The notes beneath the pieces were generated by a model. The model was not told the DNA's origin and made no database searches. It saw nothing but the letters and a program-made list of their open reading frames with translations. The position numbers were made by a program, and so were the translations under genes. Of a stretch of 64,000 nucleotides of DNA, positions 13,569 through 26,304 are shown one piece after another; within the stretch, counting starts at the first letter, position 1, and each line of letters opens with the position of its first letter. This DNA comes from Eledone cirrhosa (taxonomy: Eukaryota). The stretch covers positions 21,514,001 through 21,578,000 of the forward strand of contig OZ024752.1 in assembly GCA_964016885.1 (NCBI GenBank). The letters run 5' to 3'.

Positions 13569-13625
13569 CAGTTGTCTCCCCTGGTATTCACGGGGGCTAT
13601 GTTCCTACAGCACTCGCGAAGAGTG
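13569..13625 (+). mobile_element. Tc1/mariner (Tigger/pogo-like) terminal fragment
   Basis: TA|CAGTTGTCTCCCCTGGTATTCACGGGGGCTATGTTCC resembles a Tigger TIR; no partner TIR seen. Confidence 0.45.
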
Positions 13626-13754
13626 ACCGTTTGATTTGAAAAGTGGAGTAAAGCAAAAGGAGAGTCAAGTGAATTTGAAGTGTCAACCCCTTGTGTGTTG
13701 TTTTTTTGTTTTTTTCAATACCGGACTTACAGTTTTCCAGGATTTATAGACTCA

Positions 13755-16700
13755 CCAGCTAAATTACCCGGCGTTGCCCGGGTTACTGCTGTTCTTATTC
13801 AGATTAGTAAACAATAAATATGAAGATATGTTTTTTTTTCTCATAATTATTTCAAAATATCTATATTTTATTTTTTTTAAATATCAAAATTGTAATGATA
13901 ATAGAATTTAGAAATGAAAATCTGTCAAACTTGAAGCTCCTTAGGGTAAACAATATTCATTGTGTAATTCATGTATATGTAGATATGTGTGTGTATTTAA
14001 TAACGTACCTAATGAACATGCAAACACACACACACTCACAGACACATACATATTCATATACAAAATGTACCGTGTTGTTTTCTATTGTTTTAATCCAAAT
14101 GAACATAAACATTATCACACATACACACACATACATACACTCACACACAATCTCACATAAACTCACATACATATACTAAGACAGACACACACAGACATAC
14201 ATTCATGCACCTGTCCGTCGTCACATATGTATCTGTATGTGTAGATGTGTGTATGTGTGTTTAATTGTCTGTATGTGAAGATAATGTGTATGCAACTTAC
14301 TAAGGCTATATGTATGTGTAGATGTGTGTGTGTTTAATTCTCTGAGGCCTAACCTCCATAACAAACTCGCAAACACACACACACTCACATACACATACAC
14401 ACTCATATATAAAATGTGCCGATGTCGTAGTGGTGGTGGTGGTGGTTTACTATAGTTGACTAAAGAAAATATTGTTATGTCGGTCAACACACATACACCC
14501 ACACATACATACACTCTAACATACATTCACACACAAATACTAAGACAGACACATACGCATACAAAATGTGACGGCTACGCTCTCACATACACTCTCATCA
14601 CACATTATGTGTATATATGTGTAGATGTGTGTGTCTTTAATTCTCTGAGGCCTAACATACATAATGGACGCACAAACACACACACACACTCACACACTCA
14701 CACTCACAGACATTCATTTATTTATTTTTTTTTTATTTTTAAAAATTATTTTTTCTTATATTTCTTCCTCCATGCCTCATCCCTTTTTGCTGTCTTGTCT
14801 TCTGTTGCCTCCAGATCTGGTGTCAGGGGAGCTATGAGGCCTCACTCATATCATCACCCTACCCACATCCCCCTGATTCCTTTTTTTCCCTTCCACCCAC
14901 ATACCGTTGAGCCTAGAACCCAGGTCGGTGACAACCAGCCACTTGCCCTTGATGCCGCTTAGTGATCCAGTCCCTGGCTCCATGCCCCACCCTCTAACCC
15001 CACTAGTTGACACCTGCAGCACTTGCAGCACCACAAACAGGAGGAAGAGGGGTTGGAACTGTTCGGGGTGCAGCTGTTTCCACCACCTTACTTGTTTTGG
15101 CTTGATGCATCGAGCCTCTGCTGCCTTTGCAGCGTGGAGATGCAGCAACTGTCTCTTCCCCTCATCTGCTCCGTCTCAGCTGTCTACTACATCACCAGAT
15201 AAGATAGTGAGCTTGTCTGATGCTCAAGCCTTACTGGTCAACATCGCTCAGCTCAGGCGGCTCCAGAAGATTCCGCTCAAGATCCCAAGAGCTGCCCGGG
15301 TGCCAGTAGCTGCAGCCAGGCAGTTCTTCAATAGCTGCCCACCAGAACTGGCATCCAGGGACTCCAGGCATCTCATTGTCAAGCTTGACATGAGGAATGC
15401 CTTTAACTGCCTATGCCGTGACTATCTGCTCGAGGCCTGCCTCAGCCGAGCCCTCTCTGCCTACCTGCTGGCCTAACTGGCATATGGAGTGCCGAGCATA
15501 CTCCTTGCTGCTGACACGGTCAAAACTTCAGCCACTGGGGTCCAACAGGGTGAACCTTTGTTCCCCCTCCTCTTTGCTCTTGGTATAGACCACATTGCCC
15601 GGAGTATCACAGCCTCTCTCAACGTTTGGTACCTGGATGATGCTACGTTGGGCGGGCCTGTAGAGACTGTCTGCCTCAACCTACAATTGGTGGTTCTTGC
15701 TCTGGCGAGGTAACCCCTAAAGAGGATGTCCTCATCCTTGGGTCACCGATCCACTCATTGGCCATCTCCTTACCACCAGGCTTAGGCACCAGCAGCTCAA
15801 GACCCTCAAGAGCAGACTAGGCATGTTTGATGCCCACTCATCCCTCTTCCTGATGAGGAACTGCTTCGACATGCCAAAGCTCCTCTGTACTCTTCATAGT
15901 GCTCCTTGCTACAGCCATGAATTTCTCCTTGCTGACCTTGACACTTGTATCTAAGCGGCAGCTGAGGAGATATGCAATGTCAGGTTTGACAACCTTGGAT
16001 GGCAACAGGTGGCCTTGGCCTCTGGTTCCGAATCTCGCTGGCTTTGCCGGCATTTCTTTTGTTGGTAACCTCATACCGCATCCTCATCAAGAAGGTTCTC
16101 CTAAACACAATGGAACCTACTGTGATTGAGGAACATGACGCTGCCTGTGAGATGTGGAACCGGTTTGGACTTAGCCCAGTAGACGTTCATTCTCCTTCTC
16201 CCCTTGCTGACGTCAAGTCCCCCCAAAGTATTTGGGATGTCATCCAGTGCAACCTGGCCTCAGACAGGCTAGCATGCCAGCTCGACCAGCACCACCTTGA
16301 ATGTTTGTGCGCAGCCTCACAACCCCACAGCCGTGCCTGGTTCCATGCCCTACCCTCCTTCTCTACTGACACGCAGCTTCACAATGATAACCTGTCCATC
16401 AGGTTTTCCCTGCGGCTTGGCCACCAGATCTGCGAGCCACACAAATGTCGCTGCAGATTCACCGTGGACTTTTTCGGCCTCCACCCACTTTTCTGTCACT
16501 ACAGTGCCAGCCGCCTCCCATGCCATGCTGCTCTCAATGAGGTCATAAAGCATGGCTTGGATGCTGCAGGCTTCCTCTCCCAGCTCGAGCTGGTGAGGCT
16601 GGACCGAGGGGATGGCAAAAGGCCAGATAGCGACCATCTTCCTATTCCACAGTAGTAAATGACTCGTCTGAGATGCCACTTGTAGCAACACTTTTTCCAG

Positions 16701-17368
16701 CTGCAACCTGGTGCAGTCTGCGACTAACCCAAGTTCTGTTGCACTTCAAGCTGAGGAAGGTAAACTCACTAAGTATCGGTCGCTCTCCAACAGGTTTGTA
16801 GTCGATCCCCTAGCTGTGGAGACTTGGCCCTAGGGCTACCTCCCTACTTACCATCATAGGCGCTGATCTGGATAGCCACAGGTATGAGCCTCGAGAAATG
16901 GAATGGCTCTTCCAGCGCATCTCCCCACCATTCTCCGGGGAAACGCCTTCTCCATTCTGTCCGCTGGGGTCGTGGGGCGACCAGCACATTGGAGCCCATT
17001 TGCTCATAATAGTGAATGGTGGGGAGGGCGAGAGAGATGGAGGCGATGACAGTAGGAGTTCGGCACCTCTGTGTTTGGACCTGGTGTCCAACAAATTGTA
17101 AAAAGAAACAGTAAGCAGATATGGACAAGTCAAGAATTATTTACAATACCTACACTCTACATTCCCAATTATTTCTATAAGTATATGACATCATATGTTT
17201 GTTGATTATATAGTTTATCATAGAAAGTTTATAGAAGCTTGTATCTCAGGCTGCACTGTAATCTGTGTGAAAGGACCAATCAGATATTTAATAGTTTTTC
17301 AGGCGTCATATTTGAATATTTTCCTGCTTATGATTTACTAAATGGTGAGTTTCTTCTTTTTATATAAA
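13755..17368 (-). mobile_element. Probable non-autonomous Helitron containing ~300-bp subrepeats, interrupted by the CRE element
   Basis: Clear minus-strand 3' end CCCGGGCAACGCCGGG...CTGG|T at 13755; three related subunits at ~13970, ~14310 and ~14615; the 5' end near 17368 is tentative. Confidence 0.45.
14907..16930 (+). pseudogene. CRE-clade non-LTR retrotransposon (PHD finger, RT, restriction-like endonuclease), decayed and internally deleted
   Basis: C4HC3 PHD-like CSTC...CSGC..FHHLTC...WRCSNC; RT motifs KLDMRNAFN, GVQQGEPLFPLLF, WYLDDATLGG, GGLG; RLE motifs LRLG...CRC...GLH, RGDGKRPD, PLAVETW. Confidence 0.85.
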
Positions 17369-17829
17369 TATACTATTTTAACCCTTTAGCATTTAAACCG
17401 GCCGTGTCCGGCCAGAATTTTCTCACCTCTTCCTGTTTAAACCACACACACCACACAGACACATACACATACATATCATATATACACCTCATACATACCC
17501 ACTTCCATATATATATATATATACATAATTTCTATTCATTTCCTATATCTATATCTGACAATTCTAAAGTCTAGCCAACTTATAGAGTGGATATACATCA
17601 CTGAGATTTAATAAGATTAAAACATATCTGTTGCTGCCTTCACCAATTTGGCAGTCAAGGTCTACTCCCACGCCATTGTCTTCAACTGATCCAAAAGACT
17701 TGGATTAGTTCACTTCATTGAAATTTTCCCCACTTGCCTATTCAGACTGTAGGATTCTATTTCACACACACACACACATCTATGTAGGTGGATTCTCAAT
17801 GATATTGGGAGGTGACCACAATTAAAAAA

Positions 17830-18015
17830 TGATGATTTCTTACGAATGAAACAGTTCTAGTCATGTAAAAGACCCTTTGTGATCCTGACTCTATTTTTGT
17901 ACTCGTGAAGAAGGGCTAAAGCCGGAAATGTTGAACTTTCTTTCCCCTTTTCCATATAAAGCAGGAAACTAAGAAAACTTTTTGTACCTCTGTTTTGTCG
18001 TTTCCTTGAATATAG
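17830..18015 (+). mobile_element. PLE terminal-repeat fragments with two decayed hammerhead motifs
   Basis: TGATGA-tttcttacgaat-GAAA-cagtt at 17830 (copy at 53427); gTGAAGA-agggctaaagccg-GAAA at ~17895 (family copies at 22838..23037). Confidence 0.55.
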
Positions 18016-18043
18016 ATACATACATGTGTGTGTATATATATAT

Positions 18044-18408
18044 GGTGGCTGCCAACTCGTTTTCGAGTACGGCCACTACTTTATATCCATGGAGGAGAAC
18101 CCCTACCGATGCGCTGAACGAGTGTGACTTTTTAGTCCAGCCAGCGACTTGAAAACTCTGGTACAAACACTACACTTGCGACAATTACTGACACATAGTG
18201 CTGGGCCCATGGTACCATGTGATGACAAGTGCAGAGTGATCTCCAGAGATAAAGCAATGCCTGTGCCATGAAGCTTTTATAGTGAGCAAAGGCACTGCAC
18301 AAAGCCAGTCCCACTCTCATAACCAAGATGATATTTACCAAAAAGAAGAACAAGTCAACATCATTGGATACCATCAGGGTTGCAGGTGTTATATCAGAGT
18401 TTTCCTTC
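18044..18408 (-). mobile_element. 5'-truncated copy of the bipartite non-autonomous RTE element
   Basis: Close reverse complement of 63195..63559; flanked by (TA)n and (TACA)n. Confidence 0.85.
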
Positions 18409-18444
18409 ATACATACATACATACATACATGCATATATATAGGG

Positions 18445-18575
18445 TGCAGATTGACACAGTTGTTAGAACGTCAGATAGAATGCTTTGTGGTATTTGTTCT
18501 CGCTGTCTCCATATTGAACTGAGGTCAACTTTGCCTTTCATCCTTTCGATGTCAATAAAAAATGTACCAATCCAA
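18445..18575 (+). mobile_element. Degenerate tRNA-derived SINE
   Basis: gaggtcaactttgcctttcatcctttcgatgtcaataaaaatgtacc body shared with the 6580 and 33528 family. Confidence 0.65.
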
Positions 18576-18809
18576 TACCAGGGATCATTTCTTCTCCTAT
18601 ATCTCTTTCTCACTTCTTCTTTATCACTCTTTCTCTCTTCTTTTTCTTGAAGAAATCGGCTGTGTTCAAACCTCGAGAGTTGATGGTCTCTGCCAGGTTT
18701 AAAAAATGCCCAAGAAATATTGTATGATATTATGGCACCTCTATGACTCCACCAGGAGTTATGGGTTCATCCATACATATATATGCATATGGGTATATGT
18801 GTGTGTATA

Positions 18810-19162
<353 letters not shown>

Positions 19163-19414
19163 TTAAATAGCTCTGTACTATACATAGAAACTCTTTGAAA
19201 TATATATATATATATATATATATTTCAAATTAATAGATATATGTATATATATATGGAGAGAGAAAGGACCATATATGTTATGAGAATACACAGAATCTTA
19301 TATATATACAAGATACTGTGTATTCTCATAACATATTTATTTCCCACCTCTCTCTCTCTTTATATATATCACATAAGAAACTGAGACTCAGTGGTGCTAC
19401 GAATAAGATTTATT

Positions 19415-19511
19415 AGACATATTACAATCGTTTCTCTGACGACCAGCTCGAGGCACGATCGATGCAATGATCAAACCTGACTCTGAAACCGCAAGATCCT
19501 CAGATATGTCT
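19415..19511 (-). ncRNA. Type I hammerhead ribozyme in a solo PLE pLTR (19369..19530)
   Basis: Minus strand: AGACATAT-CTGAGGA-tct...(~60 nt)...aga-GAAA-CGATTG-TA-ATATGTCT; 8-bp stem I, GUA site. Homologs at 27833 and 32470. Confidence 0.85.
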
Positions 19512-19599
19512 CGATTCTACGAAGCAGAGTTTCCAAATATATGTGATTATATATATGATATATGTGATTATATATATCATATATATATATATTAATTTG

Positions 19600-19805
19600 G
19601 GATGTTTGTTTACAAACACACCGAGCATTATAATAAATGTTCAGTGAATCCATACGTACATATATATATGTGTGCATGTATGTATATATATATACATACT
19701 ACTGTACGTCTGTATACATATATGTATGTACGTATACATATTTATATTTAAGTAACAGCCGTACTAAGAGTGAGAAATGAAATTTCGTTTCATCTTTTCC
19801 GTTTA
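19600..19805 (+). repeat. Copy of the PLE terminal segment 43744..43945
   Basis: Shared caccgagcattataataaatgttc hairpin and aagtaacagccgtactaagagtg...aaatgaaatttcgtttcat end. Confidence 0.85.
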
Positions 19806-19812
19806 TATATAT

Positions 19813-19962
19813 ATCATTATCATCATCATCATCATCGTTTAACGTCCATCTTCCACGCTAACATGGGTTTGGACGGGAATTTTCCCACTTGAGGCAAGAT
19901 TGGTTGTCTTGCTCGATAAGGACTGTCTGGCGGGTTTTCTACGGCTGGATGCCCTTCCTAAT
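19813..19962 (-). mobile_element. RTE-type 3' end with (GAT)n tail
   Basis: ttaggaagggcatccagccgtagaaa...ggacgttaaacgatgatg on the minus strand. Confidence 0.75.
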
Positions 19963-20123
19963 ATGACATATATAATCACATATATGTGATTTGTGTATTG
20001 CTCATTGATGGAAGCGTGCATATGTGTGTGTATTTACGTAGGTGTCTATAATCTTTTTATGTAGTTTTAAGCATGTCTGTGCATGACTGACTGTATGCTT
20101 ATGTATGAATGTGAATGTGTGTG

Positions 20124-20156
<33 letters not shown>

Positions 20157-20157
20157 A

Positions 20158-20613
20158 AGTCGATGGAAGCCGTGGAGTGGAGAGACCCAAAAAGATCTTG
20201 GATGAGGTGATAAAAGCCGACTTTACCCAATTGCACCTATCAAAGGTGATGACAGAGGACTGCGACCTCTGGCGTCACGCAGTAACACAGAAGACCCGAC
20301 TTCCCATGGGTACAAGCTGAAGCTGAGGCATATAGACAATATGCCCCCACCCCTTCCCACTGCAAAGTGGTCATGGAGGTGCCACGGCAAAAAAGCGCCC
20401 AGCCCACACTATAAAGTGGACGTGTAGCCGCCACGGAAAAAGCACCCAACACTCACTGTAAATGAGGTTAAGGGCATCCAGCTGTAGAAATCAAACCAGA
20501 ATCAGTTCCTGTATGAGGAAGACAAGGTCAGCTGACCGGGCACTGCCCACAACAGGACAACCCGTCTAACCCATGCTAGCATGGAAGAATGGTGATGATG
20601 ATGATGATGATGA
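20158..20613 (+). mobile_element. 5'-truncated RTE LINE (ORF end and 3' UTR)
   Basis: Translates VDGSRGVERPKRSWDEVIKAD...LWRHAV, like 27150..27300; (GAT)n tail. Confidence 0.8.
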
Positions 20614-21774
20614 TATATATATATATACACACACACACACATATATGTATATGGAAAATAATATCTGTATTGCTAAATATAGAGACCACTTCTGAAAGGA
20701 ATGGTGGGTGTGCTTGTTGAGGATATAGAATTGACTGAATGAATGATTTGCTTTGAAAAAAACCACGATAGTAGATTGATTAAGTTATCTTAATTGGTTT
20801 TTAACTTTATGGCCAATAAATTATTCTTGTTTTTACTCCTTCGCCTGTAATGTATGTCTGCATATAATGCCTTTATTTTATTAGTTCACTACAGCCTGTT
20901 TACATTCAACTCTTCTTGGTTGGATTAATTAAGTAAAATTGGAGTGATTAATGTGTTGTTTTAATTGTGGCATGTCTATATATAGTTGTTGATGTTATAT
21001 CTTATTTTGTTGTTGTCATTGTTTAAGTCAGCTATGATCTAGTAGAGCTAGGATCAATAGATAACCAAATCAACTGAATCAACCCATGGGGTTTGTAGCC
21101 CTGGTATGCTATAATATATTTCAGTTTGTTTTAGCACCATTCTGTCCTACACTCTGTTGTGTAGTACTGAGCTGTCTTGAATAACAAGTTTGGTTCTTGA
21201 CTCTGAATCATCAGGGCATTGAATCAATTACTCTGTTACTTGTTTCAGCTCGCTGTGATCTTAGTTTAAATTTCCCCATGGTCAACTTTGCACCCCATCC
21301 TTTCAGGGTTGTTAAATAAAGTATACTAGTCCAGGGATGATGGATTGGTGGAACTGATAACATGTGGGACAGGGTGCTTTGCAGTATCTGATTTGGCTCT
21401 GTGCATTCTGAGTTCAAATCCCACTTCATTCTAGCAAAAGTTGTGACCAGCAGATAGTATCAGCAATGGAAAGATCAATGGAAACATAGTTCCCTTGGTC
21501 CACTCTGATGATTGGCTCCTTTCCTATATATTGTGAGACTGAGTAGGAGAATTAAGTTCACAAGAAAAATACATATTGCACCGTAAAAACATAGGTGTAA
21601 ATTCTATATTCCTTGATTTATAACACCTGATGGAGTCATAATGTGACTTGAGCATTTATAACCTGGTGGAACCCACCAGGTCTGAACATATTCAATTTCT
21701 TCCAGAGAAGGAAAAAATGTGTGTGTGTGAGAGAGAGAGGAAGTGAGAAAGTGATGTAGAGGAAGAATCAACCC

Positions 21775-21900
21775 CTGTACTGTACTTTAACCTTAAAAGG
21801 ATGATAGGCAAAATTGACCTCGGTGGGATTTGAACTCAGAGAGCAGAGAGCCAGAACAGACACTACAAAGCATTCTATCAACGTTCTAATGGCTCTGCCA
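21775..21900 (-). mobile_element. Degenerate tRNA-derived SINE (further fragments at ~21240..21430 and ~33340..33440)
   Basis: ggatgataggcaaaattgacctcggtgggatttgaactcaga matches the 6580 family. Confidence 0.6.
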
Positions 21901-22837
21901 ATACTATATATACATATATATTTATCATTGTTCTAAAATGATTGAGTTTGTTGTTTGCACTCAGCTCAACCTTGATTGAGCTGCTCTATAATCAAAGGTT
22001 AAGCTGTGACCATTCAAACATTTTATAGGTAGTGACCAACAAGTATCACCTTTTCTCTTTTAAGACAATATTGTATGACAAGGGAGATTTGGCTGCTATC
22101 TGTTGCAGGGTGAGCAATGATGTAGACTCATTGTAATTCACGGAGAGTGATTTCAACCTAGTAGGGTCTCATTCAACACCAGTGCTATGAGAACCATGAA
22201 TATTATTTTAGAATGCTTATATATCATCATCATTATCATAATTATTGTCATCATCATCATTGTCATCATCATCATTATCATCATCATTTTATGTCTGTTT
22301 TCCATGCTGGTATGGGTTAGATGGGTTGCCACAGATGTCTTGCTCATACATTCCATATTTTGGCATAGATTTCACAGCTGGATACCCTTCCTAATACCAA
22401 CCACTTTATGCAGTGTATGAAGTGCATTTCATCACAACAGAGTGTAAATGGTGCTGTTTATCATGGCACCAGCATTAGAGAACTTGTTATGCTTGCCAAG
22501 ACTGTTGTGTTCTCTACTCTATGTTGTTCTCTCTACCCTATATTGTCTCCATTCAATGGCTAGTCACTTTACAGAGAGTACTGGTGGTATTTTATCATGG
22601 CACCAACACTTGAGAGGTTATCAAGGTTTCAAAGAGATCAAAGAATCATCACTACCCTACATTGTCTCAGATCGTTTGTAAGCCATTGCACTAGGGATCC
22701 TAAGTGCATTCCACTACCACACTTACCTATGAACTAAATAAGCTTTAGCTTATGGCCACACAGCCTTGAGGGCCTCATCTTTAGTTTTTAGTCTTTAACA
22801 CTAAATCATCAAAAATTATATATATATATATATATAA

Positions 22838-22874
22838 TTTAAGCCCTTCTTCAGGACTACAAAATAGAGACAGG

Positions 22875-22906
<32 letters not shown>

Positions 22907-23037
22907 TGTGATCCTGTCTCTATTTTGTACTCCTAAAGAAGGGCTTAAGCTCGACGTGTCGAACTTTCTTTCCTCTTTCCAATATAAAGCATGAAACTAA
23001 TAAGACTTTTTGTACCTCAATGGTTGTCTCCTTGAAC
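22838..23037. mobile_element. Inverted pair of PLE pLTR fragments around (TA)n, with minimal hammerhead remnants
   Basis: 22838..22880 is the reverse complement of ~22908..22950; the family consensus with 17879..17940 is agtc-CTGAAGA-agggcttaagcyc-GAAA...gtc-gaact. Confidence 0.65.
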
Positions 23038-23189
23038 TATATATATAATAAGTTGATGGGACGAGCATGAGTTTCACTGTACTGGTTGAATCTCAGCGTA
23101 CTCAATAGGTAATGTTAAATAAACTCCTAGAGTAGACACACAGTTATTCGCCTCGATACAATGCATGTAAATGGGTACATCAAATCTAT

Positions 23190-23302
23190 ACCCGTTCTCG
23201 AGTTTCAGCCACACTTAATGCAGCAATAGACTACACACCATTCACTGTCTGCATTTATTATGCAACAATGCACAATCAGTGCATGTGGCTTCATCAGCAG
23301 GT
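23190..23302 (-). ncRNA. Hammerhead motif with large stem II; cleavage triplet mutated
   Basis: Minus strand: ACCTG-CTGATGA-AGCCACAT...GTGTGGCT-GAAA-CTCGAG-AA-CGGGT; the conserved U16.1 reads A. Confidence 0.7.
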
Positions 23303-23842
23303 TTCACCTAATCAATAACCAATGGATCGACAGAATTCGATTCCAGTCTGTGTTGGCTATGACAGTGAATATGACGGTCAACACTGTAGTACATTAGCAA
23401 CTGAAATCCTTATGTGTCATCACAATGCCGTCAACTGATTGGCTACTGGTTCAGAAATTTACATGATGCTAGGAGTCGAAATTCAGATATTTCCACTCCC
23501 GCCATAACCATTCTCCAACGTATCTCAAACACAAATTAACAAGTGAGTGAAAAAATTGGTTAAAAAATTGATAAAAAAATCAGTCTCCAATCGCTGTACA
23601 ATAGAATGGTAGTATTCGGCTCTAGTCTCCAAGTGCCATGGTGAGAAATAGTGCGACAGTAACAATGGTAGTGTCTAAAGCCTTTCCGGACATTAAATGC
23701 GAACAGGTGATTAGACAGCGATATAGAATAGCGCTCTGGTTAGAATTTGAATTCTAGATATTTCGACCAACCACGTGCGTAAACTGGTCAATTTTACAAC
23801 TTGTACGATTCAATAGCTGAGTGAGAGAGGAAGATAGAACAT

Positions 23843-24933
23843 ATCATCATCATCATCATCATCATCATTTTACGCCTGCTTTTCCCTGCTTGCAAGGGTT
23901 GGATGGGTCCTATTCAGCACAGTATCTCTCCACCCGTCACGGTCCTTCGTCATCTCCTCCGTGAGTTTCAGTGATCTGAGGTCTGCTCTCACCACCTCCG
24001 CCCATGTTTTTCGTGGTCTACCTCTACTGCATCTTCCCTCCACTGGGACTTCCTGGCACTTCTTCAACCATCGGTCATCCTCCATGCGCATCACATGTCC
24101 ATACCATCTTAGCCTTCTCTCCTGCACACCACAACTTATCCCTCTTATACCCAGTTCCTTTCTCAACTCGTCTATGCTTGGTCGTTCACGCACATTGACA
24201 TTGCACATCCAACAGAGCATACTTGCTTCATTTCTCTCCAGCCGTCGCATATCTTCTGCAGTTGCTGTCCATGTCTCACTACCATGCAGCATCGCGCATC
24301 TCACACAGGCATCATATAACTGTCCTTTCATACGCAGGGAGAAACCCTTCTTTCTCAACAGAGGGAGCAGCTCCCTAAACTTCTTCCAACCCATCCTTAT
24401 TCTAGATACTATGGCCTCGGAACACCCCCATCCCATGCTAATCTGATCACTTAGGTACTGGAAGCTATCAACCACTTCTATATAACCCACCTGCATTGGA
24501 AAAATGAGTCTATCACATCGATTACTACTGCCAACTTTCCCTGTACATCTACTGCATACGTAGTTTTCTCTACCTGTTAGTTTGCCTACTATCCCACTAC
24601 ATCTCTTGTGTACCCAAGATCTGCATTGCGTACATTTTATGGAATTTATGCCAGTTTCTTTCCTACATATCGAACATGGCCATTTCCCTGATGGAATCAG
24701 AGTATTGTCCTCTCTTCTACTTATCAACGCCTTTGTCTTAGCAAAGTTCACTCTCAGTCCTCTTGATTCCAACTGCTGTTTCCATAGCCAGAATTTATTC
24801 TCTAGCTCCTTTACTGATTCTGCTATAAGAACCAGATCATCAGCATAAAGAAGTTCCCATGGGTATCCAGTCTTAAACTCCTCCGTTATGGCTTGGAGGA
24901 CTATAATGAACAAGAGCGGGCTGAGGACAGAAC
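23843..24933 (-). mobile_element. 5'-truncated RTE LINE: RT C-terminal part with an inserted PHD finger, open frame, (GAT)n tail
   Basis: ORF 23870..24952: GSVLSPLLF, LLYADD, PHD CSIC...CTQC..WVHKRC...CSRC, LRWYGHVMR, RGRPRKTW; tail at 23843..23868. Confidence 0.93.
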
Positions 24934-25950
24934 CTATATTATTTATGTACACCTATATTATTTATTCTTTATTGTTATTATTAATATGAAAATAATAATA
25001 ATATTTTTTTAGAGAAGAGCCTCAAATTTCATATAACTTAGGGCCTCAGTTGGTAAAAGTCCAGCCCACTGGTGCATTCCTTATTTCACCTAAATTAATC
25101 AAAACAGGTTGTTCTGTTCACTGTTAAAAGGACTTCTCCACTCCATGCAGTTTCTGATTTTTTGTTGTACTTTTACTAGTGGCAGTTATTTTCTATCTAG
25201 ATGTCTGATGTCTGCAATTAATAATCCAGAGTAGATATAACAATTAATATGTATGACAAATTAGATAACAGTACATTAAACAGGATTTCATAAATGCTAT
25301 ACAGAAAGTATTTTAGAACTAGACTTAAAATAGCAAGACTAAAACTCAAGCATAGTTGTATTTTCAATAATGCATATTTAAATAAAATAATTCCCTATTG
25401 CCCACACCCTGTATACATGTGTATGTGTGTGCATATATATATATATGTTTGTATATACCTATCTATCTATCTATATATATATTTGTGTGTGTGTGCATAT
25501 ATATATATATATATGATTATGTGTATATATATATATAATTATGTATGGATATCAGTGGCGAAAGGTAACCTGGAAAGCAGGGCATGCAGTCCAATCGCCA
25601 TGGCGAAGAGTGGGGCTGTGCAGCCTTACCCCCACCCAATTCCCTCTAAATGACCCTCCTGGTCAAAGCCGCATGTAGTGTTATCTAGTGTGTGTGTGTT
25701 ATCTTTTTATGTGTCTACGATTTAGAAATCAAAATTCTGCTTGCCCCAAAGCTAGCGTGTGTTTGTGTGTATGTGTGTGTGTGTGTGTGTGGGTTATCTT
25801 GTTTGTGTCGATACGTTTTAGTAAGCAGCCAAAATTCTGCTTGCTTCAACCGACGCAATTGATCAACTCAAGATTCTATAACGCATGCACTGCATGCATT
25901 GCATGCACGGACCCTTCGCCCCTGATGTATGTATATATATATATATATAT

Positions 25951-26290
25951 GACTGCTTGATCTTCATATGAGGGACTAAACTCTGTGAATGAACACCATT
26001 AATTTTCTCCCTCATATCAAGGATTTGAAGACAATTCATTTTCACCTGACGAGATCAGTGATAATCGATCATGGCTACATGATCGATCTATCTTTTATTG
26101 AAACATGTGTCGTGATTAAAATGATTGGAAATTTATACCATGCCTTCGGATCTTTATTTTGATACAAATACTCCGTTTTACATCATCTAGCTGTTCCCAT
26201 AAATGGAATTGGAGATATACAAAAGCGTGGAGAACTTAATATTGCTAACAAAAATTTTATTGGACAGTTTGACACAACCAATAATACACC
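25951..26290 (+). mobile_element. PLE 3' end / pLTR
   Basis: Starts after (TA)n with a GIY-YIG-terminal-like ...EGLNSVNEHH* frame, followed by a hammerhead. Confidence 0.55.
26042..26115 (+). ncRNA. Type I hammerhead ribozyme
   Basis: TCAC-CTGACGA-stem II with perfect hairpin ATCGATCATG-gcta-CATGATCGAT-GAAA-CATGTG-TC-GTGA; GUC site. Confidence 0.8.
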
Positions 26291-26304
26291 TTGCTATATA
26301 TATA

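Noticed and set aside
17378-17420. piggyBac-like end TTAA-CCCTTT; hAT-like ends near 25010..25071 and 25553
   Set aside because: No matching partner termini or TSDs could be identified, so no element can be delimited.
23961-24446. Antisense ORFs over LINE/PLE coding regions (e.g. 23961..24446, 54370..54795, 59152..59520)
   Set aside because: Shadow frames of the true opposite-strand ORFs with no independent motifs.
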